A DNA stretch of 64,000 nt from the NCBI GenBank assembly GCA_003524085.1, contig DOEC01000006.1, positions 1,146 through 65,145 of the forward strand. The letters are read 5' to 3'. Both the position numbers and the translations under genes were made by a program. The stretch comes from Bacillota bacterium. Lineage in GTDB: Bacteria; Bacillota_I; Bacilli_A; RF39; UBA660. Shown one piece after another: positions 1 through 9,106 of the stretch. The notes under the pieces are model-generated. The model made no database searches. It worked only from the letters and a program-made list of their open reading frames with translations, and was not told the DNA's origin. Numbering within the stretch: the stretch's first letter is position 1; every line of letters begins with the position of its first letter.

Positions 1-607
1 CAGTGACTACCCCATGAAATTATACCAAAACTTAAAAATGCAATTGCAGCTAGTCCTCCAGCAAGTCCGTCTTCTCCATCAGTTATATTAACCGCATTTG
101 ATGAGCCTACTAAAAGGAATAATATAAAGAAGCCATATGCCCATTTAAGGTCAATATCTAAGTTTAAACTTGTTACTATTAAATGAGTACTTCCACCATC
201 TTTCATATAAATATAAAAGAAAACTATTGCTATTAATATTTGTACAATTAACTTTTGTACAACAGTTAATCCATCATTATGATGCCTTTTAATCTTCTTT
301 AAATCATCTGCTAGTCCAAGTAGACTATAACTAATAAATACAAATAGTATAATTATAAGTGAAGACGATATTTCAAGTGATCCTCTTATATAAAGAAGTA
401 ACATTGCAATTATAGTAGGAATTATAAATATAAGTCCCCCTATAGTTGGAGTTCCTTCCTTTTGTAAGTGTCTTTCTGTAATCATTGTACAGATAGTTTG
501 TCTAAAATTTAATTTTTTCAATAATGGTAAAAGAATTAAGCCTGCGAATACTGATAAAAAGAAACCAAGCATTAACCCCAAAATTGATTTTGCTAGTATT
601 AACATTG
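1..607 (-). CDS. mraY: Phospho-N-acetylmuramoyl-pentapeptide transferase MraY, partial (gene continues beyond the window start)
   Basis: The minus-strand translation starts at the ATG at 605-607 and reads MLILAKSILGLMLGFFLSV...GLADDLKKIK...GSSNAVNITDGEDGL. It aligns along its length with B. subtilis MraY. It is missing from the ORF track because it is truncated by the window edge. Confidence 0.8.
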
Positions 608-678
608 TGTCTTCCTCCTTACTTCTAATTATACACTACTAATCACTATTATTTCAAATGTTTTAGTATAACTAATCA

Positions 679-2598
679 TTAATTTAACATTAATTTTACA
701 ACCGACCCTTCTTTTACACGTTTCCCACTTTCAGGATTAGTCATTATTACAGTTTCACCACTTCCAGAATATTCTAGTTTAAAACCATTTAATAGTTGTT
801 TTGCTTCTTTTATAGTTTTTCCCCTTACATCTGGTACTGTGGTATACTTTGTCTCATACCAAAAGTATTCTCTTGGCATACCTTCAGTTGTTGATTCTAA
901 GTTGTGTAGGTTAATTATTCCGTTAAATACGTTTCTTGCAATCGGAGCTGAAGTAGAGCCACCATATTGTGTTGCGCCTTTTGCTCCATCTACTCCGATA
1001 TAAACAATATATTCTGGATCGTTAGCTGGCATAAAGCCTATAAATGACAAAATGTAATTTCCAATCATGTATCTTCCATCACTTCCAACTTTTTGTGCTG
1101 TTCCAGTTTTTCCGCCTATTCTATATCCTTCAATGTATGCATTATGTCCACTTCCATTTGCAACAACGCTTTCTAGTGCGTATTTGACTAAGTTGCTTGT
1201 TTCTTTTGTAATTAAATTTTCTTTTTTTAATGTAGGATATATTTCTTTTATGATTAGTCCAGTTTCTCTTTCACTAATGCTTTTCATTACATATGGTGTA
1301 TACATATTTCCGTCATTTATTATACTACTTACGGCTAAGACTTGCTGCATTGCCGTTACTGAGACACCTTGACCAAAACTAGTTGTCGCAAGTTCTAGTG
1401 GTCCTACTTTATCTAAGGGAAATATAATTCCTTTGCTTTCTCCATTTAGATCTATTCCAGTTTTCTTACCAAAACCAAATTTATCTATGTAGTTAAAAAG
1501 CACATCTTTCCCAAGTTTATTACCAAGAACTACAAAACCGGGGTTACAAGAGTTTTCTACTACTTCTAAAAACGTTTCTTCACCGTGACCTCCTGCTTTC
1601 CAACAATGTAAAGTACTACCTGCTACTTTTATTTTTCCTGTGTCATAGTACTTATCTTCAAATAAATTAACCTTTCCCTCATTTATGGATGCGGCTAGTG
1701 TTAAAATTTTGAATGTTGAACCGGGCTCAAAGCTACTCCAAATAGCTAAGTTTCTATTTATTACTTCTACACTATAACTCTGGTATTTCTCTGGTTCAAA
1801 ACTAGGACGACTAGCCATTGCAAGTATTTCTCCAGTTTTAGGTTTCATAACTATTCCAATTGCGCCTTCCATGTTGTACTTAACCTCGGCATTATCAAGT
1901 TCACTTTCTAACATTAGTTGTAAATCTAAATCAATTGTTAAATTTATATCTAAACCTGATACTGGACTTGCGTATACTTCAGGCACTGAAAGTTTTTTAC
2001 CTTTGCCATCACTATAATATTTAATACTTCCATCTGTACCTGTCAAGTATTTGTCATACATTAACTCTAGCCCACTTAAACCTTGATTATCTATTCCAAC
2101 ATAACCGATTACATGGCTAAGTGTTTTACCGTATGGATAATTTCTTTTAGTTTCTTTAAGTAAATATACTCCGTCATAGTTTAGTTCATTAATTTTTGAT
2201 GCGATTTCGTAACTTAAATCTCTTCCTTCTGGGTGTACTCTTTCTATTGATGTTTTTTTAGAAACGTGTTTATACATATCTTCATAGCTTACTCCAAGAA
2301 TTTCACTAATATTTTTTGCAACAGTTTCTTTATCTTTAATCTGTGCTGGAATTAATATAAGGCTAGAAGTTGTTACGTTTCCTGCTATTACTTTCCCGTT
2401 TCTATCAAGTATTCTACCACGGTCAGCTCCAACGGGTAAGTTTCTACTCCATAAACTATTAGCGAGTGTATTTAATTTTCTGTATTCTATAACTTGTATG
2501 TAAAAAACTTTAATAATGACTATTAAAAATATCGCTATTACTATTAGAAAAACCAATTTAATTCTACTATTTTGCGTATTTTGAAACATATAATTCAC
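679..2598 (-). CDS. Class B penicillin-binding protein (FtsI/SpoVD family transpeptidase) with a C-terminal PASTA domain
   Basis: It has an N-terminal TM segment and the SxxK (GSTFK), SGN-like and KTGT motifs. A C-terminal PASTA-like segment is present. It lies immediately upstream of mraY. Confidence 0.9.
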   Translation of the reverse strand: MNYMFQNTQNSRIKLVFLIVIAIFLIVIIKVFYIQVIEYRKLNTLANSLWSRNLPVGADRGRILDRNGKVIAGNVTTSSLILIPAQIKDKETVAKNISEILGVSYEDMYKHVSKKTSIERVHPEGRDLSYEIASKINELNYDGVYLLKETKRNYPYGKTLSHVIGYVGIDNQGLSGLELMYDKYLTGTDGSIKYYSDGKGKKLSVPEVYASPVSGLDINLTIDLDLQLMLESELDNAEVKYNMEGAIGIVMKPKTGEILAMASRPSFEPEKYQSYSVEVINRNLAIWSSFEPGSTFKILTLAASINEGKVNLFEDKYYDTGKIKVAGSTLHCWKAGGHGEETFLEVVENSCNPGFVVLGNKLGKDVLFNYIDKFGFGKKTGIDLNGESKGIIFPLDKVGPLELATTSFGQGVSVTAMQQVLAVSSIINDGNMYTPYVMKSISERETGLIIKEIYPTLKKENLITKETSNLVKYALESVVANGSGHNAYIEGYRIGGKTGTAQKVGSDGRYMIGNYILSFIGFMPANDPEYIVYIGVDGAKGATQYGGSTSAPIARNVFNGIINLHNLESTTEGMPREYFWYETKYTTVPDVRGKTIKEAKQLLNGFKLEYSGSGETVIMTNPESGKRVKEGSVVKLMLN

Positions 2599-2662
2599 CG
2601 CTTAAGTATATGTTGCTTTTATAAATTTATAACTTTAGATAGGATAGTCTCTTTTTGATTCC

Positions 2663-2747
2663 TTAAAATCTTACGGTTAAAAGTCTTAAAATCTTACGGT
2701 TGAAAATCTTAAAATCTTACGGTTAGAATTCTTAAAAGTGTACGGTT
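2663..2747. repeat. Four tandem 23-bp direct repeats (core TTAAAATCTTACGGTT plus a 7-nt spacer), iteron-like
   Basis: Read directly from the sequence. Copies 1-3 have a perfect 16-bp core and copy 4 is TTAAAAGTGTACGGTT. The array sits just upstream of a TTGAAA-N17-TAAAAT promoter. Confidence 0.8.
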
Positions 2748-2800
2748 ATTATTGAAAATATGCTTATTTTATGGTAAAATTAATACAGGAGATGAGATAT

Positions 2801-4072
2801 ATGACTTTAACAAAAGAAGGATATAAAGATAGATTAATTGATAAAAAAATTAATGAGTGTTTGAAAGTTTTTGGGGCTGTTTCTATAAATGGACCTAAAT
2901 GGTGTGGGAAAACTTGGACTAGTTTAAATCACGCTAAAACAGTTAAGTATATTAATACAAACGATAAAAAATTATTTAATCTAGCTCAAATGGATGTTAA
3001 TCAAATACTTGTAGGTGATTATCCAATACTAATAGATGAATGGCAATTAATTCCACAGATATGGGATAGTGTTAGAAGAAAATGTGATGAAGATAAAATT
3101 AAAGGAAAATTCATTTTAACTGGCTCAGCTGTAGAAAAAGAAAATACAGTAGACCACTCAGGTGCTGGAAGAATATGCAAGTTAAATATGAAAACAATGT
3201 CTCTTTATGAATCTGGTGACTCAGATGGTTCTGTTTCTTTAAATGATTTGTTTAAAAATGCTGAAATTAAAAATCAACCTACTAGGGAATTAACACTTCT
3301 AGAAATATCAGATTTAATATTAAAAGGTGGTTGGCCTGAAAATACTGATAAATCAGCGAAGGACTCACAATTGATAGCTAAAAGTTATATTGAAGATATT
3401 TTAGATAAAGATATTAACGAAATAGATGGCGTTCAAAGAGATAGAAATAAGATGGAAATGTTGTTAAAGTCTCTTGCTAGAAATGAGTCAACATTAGCTT
3501 CTAACGAAACTTTAATAAAAGATATTATAGAGAATGAATATGACTCAATAAATAAAGAAACTGTTGGAGAATATTTAAATGTTTTAGATAAATTATTTTT
3601 AATTGAAAACCAACAAGCTTTTAATCCAAACGTCCGTTCAAGAGATAATGTAGGAAAAACTGCAAAGAGACACTTGACTGACCCTTCTTTAGCTTGTGCT
3701 TTACTTGGCTTAAACTATAATAAATTAATTAACGATTTAAATACTTTTGGTTTCTTGTTTGAAGCTCTAGTTGAAAGAGACTTAAGGATTTATTCAGAGT
3801 ATAATGACGGGGAATTAAGACACTTTAGAAATAATGTTAGTGGTTTAGAAGTTGACGCTATTGTAATTAACGAAGATGGAGAATATGGTGCTGTTGAAAT
3901 TAAGTTAGGTGCTAACCAAATTGAGGAAGCTAAGGAAAACCTTTTAAAATTTTATGAAAAAGTTGATAAGAAACCCAAGTTTATGTGTATCATATGTGGT
4001 TTATGGGGAAATGTAGTTAAGGACCCTGTTAGTGGAATTTATATATTACCTATAACTTCATTAAGACCTTAA
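2801..4072 (+). CDS. AAA+ superfamily ATPase (COG1373 / DUF4143-type)
   Basis: The Walker A motif is GPKWCGKTW and an hhhhDE Walker B motif (ILIDEW) is present. Start was chosen at MTLTKEGY, which has an AGGAG RBS. The upstream promoter is TTGAAA-N17-TAAAAT. Confidence 0.8.
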   Translation: MTLTKEGYKDRLIDKKINECLKVFGAVSINGPKWCGKTWTSLNHAKTVKYINTNDKKLFNLAQMDVNQILVGDYPILIDEWQLIPQIWDSVRRKCDEDKIKGKFILTGSAVEKENTVDHSGAGRICKLNMKTMSLYESGDSDGSVSLNDLFKNAEIKNQPTRELTLLEISDLILKGGWPENTDKSAKDSQLIAKSYIEDILDKDINEIDGVQRDRNKMEMLLKSLARNESTLASNETLIKDIIENEYDSINKETVGEYLNVLDKLFLIENQQAFNPNVRSRDNVGKTAKRHLTDPSLACALLGLNYNKLINDLNTFGFLFEALVERDLRIYSEYNDGELRHFRNNVSGLEVDAIVINEDGEYGAVEIKLGANQIEEAKENLLKFYEKVDKKPKFMCIICGLWGNVVKDPVSGIYILPITSLRP

Positions 4073-4124
4073 AATGTGATTAAACAAAATCGCATTTTTT
4101 TATGTCATAAAAAAAGCATTTGAA

Positions 4125-4640
4125 TTAGTTACATTCAAACACTTTATCACCAAACACATATACATTATCACTTTTTTTAGCAGTGTATTCTTTATCTTTA
4201 TACTTAAAAGTTATTTTCTTTCCTTTAATCTTACTAATTGTAACGTCTTTTTTTAGATTATCCATTAATGTATCATCTATTTGATAATCTAATATACATC
4301 CACCTGTTCCTGTAGTATAAAGTTCTGCATCTATTTCTCTATATTTTCTAGCTAAAACTTTGTTTAACTCTTCATTTAATTTTCCAGTAAATACTGAATT
4401 TATAGTATCCTCTATTTTTTCATAACTGTTATATGTACTATTAGCTGTTTTATACCAATTAACATCTTTTAATGTGACTTTTGAGTCTTCATAAACAGGT
4501 AACCCTACTCCTTCAGTAATATAAATTGACGCATAAGCTTTTTCTAATGAGTCATAAAACATTGTAGTTTTTTCTTCATCAGTTGTTCCGCATCCAGTTA
4601 ATAACACAAGTGATAAAATAACAATAATAATCTTTTTCAT
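4125..4640 (-). CDS. Lipoprotein of unknown function
   Basis: A signal peptide is present with the lipobox LLTGC. Confidence 0.6.
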   Translation of the reverse strand: MKKIIIVILSLVLLTGCGTTDEEKTTMFYDSLEKAYASIYITEGVGLPVYEDSKVTLKDVNWYKTANSTYNSYEKIEDTINSVFTGKLNEELNKVLARKYREIDAELYTTGTGGCILDYQIDDTLMDNLKKDVTISKIKGKKITFKYKDKEYTAKKSDNVYVFGDKVFECN

Positions 4641-4698
4641 TTCTTCATACTCTCCTTTATATTAATAATTTTATCATATTTTTTTATATTTTTATAGA

Positions 4699-6612
4699 CT
4701 ATTTTAACAATTTTTCTATTTTTTCTAATAGTAAGTCAAAATCAAATCCACTAGTTTCTAATACTTCTCTTTCTCTATTAGAATATACATAATCATTTAA
4801 AGTTATTAAATATTTATCACTATAAACAAATTTATTCCAAATATTATCACTACTCATTTCAATAGCTACCACTTTAGCGCCTACTGGAAATAACTCTTGC
4901 TTATACTCTTTTTCATTCTTTAAATATAAGTTAACGCTTGGCATTGATACTACTCTTGTAAATAAGCCTCTGTTTTCTAATTCATCACTTATTCTTAAAG
5001 ATAATTCTACTTCATTACCTGTTGAAACTATTACACCACCAAGTCTACCTTTTTCTTTCTTAATGATGTATGCTCCTTTACTTACTTCATTGATAGAAGA
5101 ATTATCTAACATTCCTTTATATTTTTTAGTTATAATTAATGCACTTGGTATTTTTTTATTTATAATATAGTCCCAAGAACCAACTAATTCATTCACATCA
5201 GCAGATCTCATTACATTTAAATTAGGAATACTTCTTAAATCGCTTAATTCATTAACTACTTCAGTATATTTATTATTACTTGTATCTATAAAAGTATCGT
5301 TAACAAAGATATAACTTACTGATTTTTTAATTATACTAGACATTTTAAGTGAAGACTTCATGTAGCTAGAATTACTTAAAGTTGTTTCTATTACTGGTTT
5401 TAAGTTTAGTAAAGACATTCCATTTGCTATCATACCACCTGATAAATATTTAGTACCTAAATATATAGTTTTATCTTTATCAAATTCTATTTTAGTTTCA
5501 TTTTTATTATATAAATCAATATTAATCATTAACGGGCACATACTAGAAATAGCATTAAGTAAATTATTATTTGTTTCTCTTAAGTCTTCTTGCATATTTT
5601 CATCAAATCCAACTTTGATATTTTTAATATTCATTTTAAAGTTATCTTCTTCTAATAAACTTATTATTTTTTTCTTTTCTTCATTCACTTCAATAATCTT
5701 ATTATATGTACTTACCCATTCATTATAGTAAGTGTTATTTTTTTCTAAGATATTTTTAAATTCATTATATGAACTTGCTGATATGTGATATGGCACTTGT
5801 GTAATACTCATTTTTTCTTTAACTAAAGCTAAATCGTTTTCACTTATTACATACTCATGACCCTTTGGACTTGCTTGCATACTTGTACCTATTGCTATCA
5901 TTGTTTTAATTTCAATTATGCTAGGTTTACCACTTTCTTTAGCTCTTGTAATAGCTTTATCTATTAAAGTATAATCTTCTGCATTAGTTACTGTTTCAAC
6001 AAAATAGCCTAGGCTTTCTAAATATTTAAGTTTGTTTGTGTAGCTAGATGTATCTTTTTTACCATCCACTGTAGTTTCAAATGAATTATATAAAATAATT
6101 AGATTATTTAAGTTTTCTTTAGCAGCTACTTCTAAAGATTCCATTGCTACAGGACTAGAGATGCACTCATCTGTTACTAATGTATAAGTGTAGAAATTAA
6201 TTAGTTCTTTACCAAGCAACTTTTGCATGTATTTACTACCAAGTGTAACTCCTACAGCCAAAGACAACCCTTCACCATTTTTTCCAGTTGTACTTTCAAT
6301 ACCAATACTAGGGTTAAGTTCAGGATACACACTTAGTTTACCACTTCCATAATTTTTAACATCTTCTAGTGTTATGTTGTAGCCTGAATATAAAAGTATA
6401 CTATATAATAAAGGTGCAGCACCTGGTGTGGACAATATAAATCTGTCTCTATTTATCCAAGTTGGATCAGTACTTACAAAATGCATGTGTTTTGTAAATA
6501 CCGTATATATTGTCGGTGCTAGAGAAAGCGTTAGTCCAGCGTCACCTAGTCCCCTATTATAAATCATGTCTACACTCAAACTTCTTAAAGAATTAATTAA
6601 CTTAGTATCCAT
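4699..6612 (-). CDS. Transketolase-family protein with degenerate catalytic and TPP-binding residues (putative pseudoenzyme)
   Basis: It aligns over its full length with transketolase, including the shared RDRF(V/I)LS and RVVSMPS blocks. However the motifs SGHPG, GHGS, HSKTPGHPE, GDG...N and DGPTHQ are all replaced. Confidence 0.7.
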   Translation of the reverse strand: MDTKLINSLRSLSVDMIYNRGLGDAGLTLSLAPTIYTVFTKHMHFVSTDPTWINRDRFILSTPGAAPLLYSILLYSGYNITLEDVKNYGSGKLSVYPELNPSIGIESTTGKNGEGLSLAVGVTLGSKYMQKLLGKELINFYTYTLVTDECISSPVAMESLEVAAKENLNNLIILYNSFETTVDGKKDTSSYTNKLKYLESLGYFVETVTNAEDYTLIDKAITRAKESGKPSIIEIKTMIAIGTSMQASPKGHEYVISENDLALVKEKMSITQVPYHISASSYNEFKNILEKNNTYYNEWVSTYNKIIEVNEEKKKIISLLEEDNFKMNIKNIKVGFDENMQEDLRETNNNLLNAISSMCPLMINIDLYNKNETKIEFDKDKTIYLGTKYLSGGMIANGMSLLNLKPVIETTLSNSSYMKSSLKMSSIIKKSVSYIFVNDTFIDTSNNKYTEVVNELSDLRSIPNLNVMRSADVNELVGSWDYIINKKIPSALIITKKYKGMLDNSSINEVSKGAYIIKKEKGRLGGVIVSTGNEVELSLRISDELENRGLFTRVVSMPSVNLYLKNEKEYKQELFPVGAKVVAIEMSSDNIWNKFVYSDKYLITLNDYVYSNREREVLETSGFDFDLLLEKIEKLLK

Positions 6613-6672
6613 ATTTTCACCTTCTTATTATAATTTAATTATAACACATGAGAAAATACTAAGCAACTATTT

Positions 6673-6828
6673 TTATGCGTAGTAAACTTCTACCTCTATT
6701 GGAGTTTTCACATTACTAGCATTTACATCTTCTATCTTTTTAGTAAGCATAAATGCAAGTATCGCTATAATAAAATAGAATAACAATATACCTTTCATAC
6801 TATTAAATAATTTTTCAACTTTTTCCAT
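6673..6828 (-). CDS. Small hydrophobic single-TM protein (51 aa), not in the ORF track
   Basis: The ATG at 6828 is preceded by AAGGAGAG at 8-nt spacing. The translation is MEKVEKLFNSMKGILLFYFIIAILAFMLTKKIEDVNASNVKTPIEVEVYYA. Confidence 0.35.
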   Translation of the reverse strand: MEKVEKLFNSMKGILLFYFIIAILAFMLTKKIEDVNASNVKTPIEVEVYYA

Positions 6829-6900
6829 TTCATTCACTCTCCTTATGCACCTATTTTATAACATATATTAGTTTGTGTCAATATTAAATCGCAAAAATGT

Positions 6901-6929
6901 TTGACAAATTTACATTTGTGTGTTAAACT
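6901..6929 (+). promoter_or_regulatory. Putative lexA promoter (TTGACA-N17-TAAACT) with an inverted repeat ACAAAT-N4-ATTTGT in the spacer (candidate operator)
   Basis: The hexamers and the inverted repeat at 6904-6919 are read directly. No canonical GAAC-N4-GTTC Cheo box is seen. Confidence 0.35.
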
Positions 6930-6952
6930 ATTATCAGAAAGGATGTGAAACT

Positions 6953-7570
6953 ATGGAAAAATTAACTAAAAAACAAGAAGAAGTCTTGACAGTTATTAAA
7001 AAATACATAGCTGAACACGGCTATGCTCCAAGTGTAAGAGAAGTTTGTGAACTTATGAATTTAAGTTCAACTGCAACTGTATTCGTACATATGAGACATC
7101 TTATGAAGAAAGGATATTTAAAACAAACAGATAATAAATTTAGAACACTAGAAGTTTTAGTACCAAACGAATACTTAGAAAAAAATGAAGACGTTGTAAA
7201 CGTTCCACTACTTGGAAAAGTTACATGTGGTAACCCTATTGAAGCTATTGAGTTTCCTGATGAATACATAGCTTTACCAGCATTCATGATACCTAAGAAA
7301 GAAGAAATATTTACATTAAAAACTGAAGGAATGAGCATGAAGAACGTTGGAATATATGATGGAGATATAGTTATAGTAAAAAGACAAAAGAATGCAAAAA
7401 ATGGAGATTATGTTGTAGCACTTGATGAAAATGGATTTACTACATTAAAGACATTTTATAAAGAAAATGGATATTTTAGACTACAACCAGAAAACGAAAC
7501 TATGGACCCTATTATACTTGATAAAGTTGAGATACTTGGAATTGCAATAGGTCTATATAGAAAGTTTTAG
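6953..7570 (+). CDS. lexA: LexA repressor (S24 peptidase)
   Basis: The N-terminal wHTH and the C-terminal Ser/Lys dyad region (GMSMKN...IVIVKRQ) are present. It aligns along its length with B. subtilis LexA. Start was chosen at MEKLTKKQ. Confidence 0.9.
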   Translation: MEKLTKKQEEVLTVIKKYIAEHGYAPSVREVCELMNLSSTATVFVHMRHLMKKGYLKQTDNKFRTLEVLVPNEYLEKNEDVVNVPLLGKVTCGNPIEAIEFPDEYIALPAFMIPKKEEIFTLKTEGMSMKNVGIYDGDIVIVKRQKNAKNGDYVVALDENGFTTLKTFYKENGYFRLQPENETMDPIILDKVEILGIAIGLYRKF

Positions 7571-7616
7571 TAAAAAAATATAGAAGCTAACTGATAACTT
7601 CTATATTTTTTTATGT

Positions 7617-8156
7617 CTAGCATTTGCTAATTTGAACTAAATCTACTTCTACTGGTGTTTCTTGTCCAAATAAATCTATTAAAACATTTAACTTTTCGTT
7701 TTCTAAATCAATACTTTGAACTTTACCAAACATTCCATTAAATGGTCCATCAACAATTTTAACTGAATCGCCTTCTTGTAAGTCTGTTTCAATGTCAAGT
7801 CTACTAAGTCCTTCACTAGCTAGAATTTTATCTATTTCTTGTGGAGATAATGGAATTGGTTTAGCACCCTTACCACTACTACCGATAAATCCAGTAACTC
7901 CTGGAGTATTTCTAACTGCATACCAAGCTTCGTCACTCATAATCATTTCAACAAGTACATAACCTGGAAACATCTTCTTTGTTTTTTCTTTCTTAATGCC
8001 ATCTTTAATTTCAACTTCTTTAGTTTCTGGAACAATAACTCTAAAAATATTATTTCCCATACCCATTGAGTCTTTTCTCATAAGTAAGTTTTCTTTTACT
8101 TTACTTTCATGGCCTGAATAAGTATTAACAACATACCATAACTTTTGATTTTCCAT
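7617..8156 (-). CDS. nusG: Transcription termination/antitermination factor NusG
   Basis: It is collinear with B. subtilis NusG, with the NGN and KOW domains (WYVVNTYSG, FPGYVLVEM, VDGPF). Confidence 0.9.
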   Translation of the reverse strand: MENQKLWYVVNTYSGHESKVKENLLMRKDSMGMGNNIFRVIVPETKEVEIKDGIKKEKTKKMFPGYVLVEMIMSDEAWYAVRNTPGVTGFIGSSGKGAKPIPLSPQEIDKILASEGLSRLDIETDLQEGDSVKIVDGPFNGMFGKVQSIDLENEKLNVLIDLFGQETPVEVDLVQISKC

Positions 8157-8159
8157 AAT

Positions 8160-8339
8160 TTATCCCACGATTCCTTTCAAGAAAGTAAATAATACATCTA
8201 GTAAGTAAAAATATCCACCAAAGAACACCATTAAAGTAAGAACCATTACTGAATACTTAAATAAATCTTTACCACTAGGCCACCTTACCATCTTTTTTTC
8301 TTTACTAACACCTTTAAAAAATGCCTTGATTTTTTTCAT
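8160..8339 (-). CDS. secE: Preprotein translocase subunit SecE
   Basis: It starts at MKKIKAFFKGVSKE with a GGAGGG RBS and has a single TM. It lies directly upstream of nusG. Confidence 0.8.
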   Translation of the reverse strand: MKKIKAFFKGVSKEKKMVRWPSGKDLFKYSVMVLTLMVFFGGYFYLLDVLFTFLKGIVG

Positions 8340-8418
8340 AAGTCCCTCCATAAAAAAAACACTTACGTGTTTCAGTAATTTAAATATACTACAAATTAAA
8401 GAAAAATACAAGTGTTTT

Positions 8419-9105
8419 TTAAACTTTCATTAAACTTTTTAGCCTTTTTATAGCTTTTTTTTCAATTCTTGAGATATAGCTTTGACTTATACCTAACATA
8501 TCAGCTACTTCTTTTTGAGTATATTCTTTTTGATTATATAAGCCATACCTAAGTGTTAGTATTTCTTTATCTCGTTTATTTAAGTTTTCTATTTCTTTAA
8601 TTAGAAGTTCTTTATCAACAATACTTTCATATTCCTTTTCTACTATATCATCAGGTGTTCCTAAAACATCTTCTAAATGTAGTTCGTTACCATCTTGATC
8701 TAAATTAATAGAGTCTTCAAATGAAATTTCAACTTTCCTTCTTTTATTCTTTCTTAAAAACATAAGTATTTCATTATCAATACATCTACTAGCGTATGTT
8801 GCTAGTTTTATGTTCTTGTCTAGTTTATATGTCTTAACTCCTTTGATAAGCCCGATTGTACCAATGCTAACTAAATCTTCTAAGTCATACATTGTATTAT
8901 CATACTTTTTAGCAAGAAAAACTACAAGTCTTAAGTTGTGCTCGATTAGTTTGTTTCTTGCATGCATATCTCCATTATTACTCTTAATGACTAGCTCTTC
9001 TTCCATGCTTTTTTCTAAAGGTGGTGGAAGTATATCGGTACTTCCTAAGTAAAAAACTTTTTCTTTATCCTTAAACAAACTACTTATAAAATCAAATATT
9101 TTCAT
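8419..9105 (-). CDS. sigE: RNA polymerase sporulation sigma factor, pro-sigma-E type
   Basis: The pro-sequence has the ILPPPL motif. The body resembles B. subtilis SigE (HARNKLIEHNLRLV, SIGTIGLIKG, ISQSYISR). It sits directly after spoIIGA. Confidence 0.85.
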   Translation of the reverse strand: MKIFDFISSLFKDKEKVFYLGSTDILPPPLEKSMEEELVIKSNNGDMHARNKLIEHNLRLVVFLAKKYDNTMYDLEDLVSIGTIGLIKGVKTYKLDKNIKLATYASRCIDNEILMFLRKNKRRKVEISFEDSINLDQDGNELHLEDVLGTPDDIVEKEYESIVDKELLIKEIENLNKRDKEILTLRYGLYNQKEYTQKEVADMLGISQSYISRIEKKAIKRLKSLMKV

Positions 9106-9106
9106 G

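Noticed and set aside
2663-2747. Considered as a CRISPR array (regular direct repeats).
   Set aside because: The repeat is only 16 bp with 7-nt spacers, there are four copies and no cas genes. This is iteron- or operator-like, not CRISPR.
4699-6612. Considered as a functional transketolase (tkt).
   Set aside because: All catalytic His residues and the GDG...N TPP motif are substituted. It was reported as a degenerate homolog.
8419-9105. Considered as sigma-H, because sigH lies immediately upstream of rpmG-secE-nusG in Bacillus.
   Set aside because: The sequence has the ILPPPL pro-sequence and a region 2 and region 4 near-identical to SigE, and it directly follows spoIIGA with its DTGN motif.
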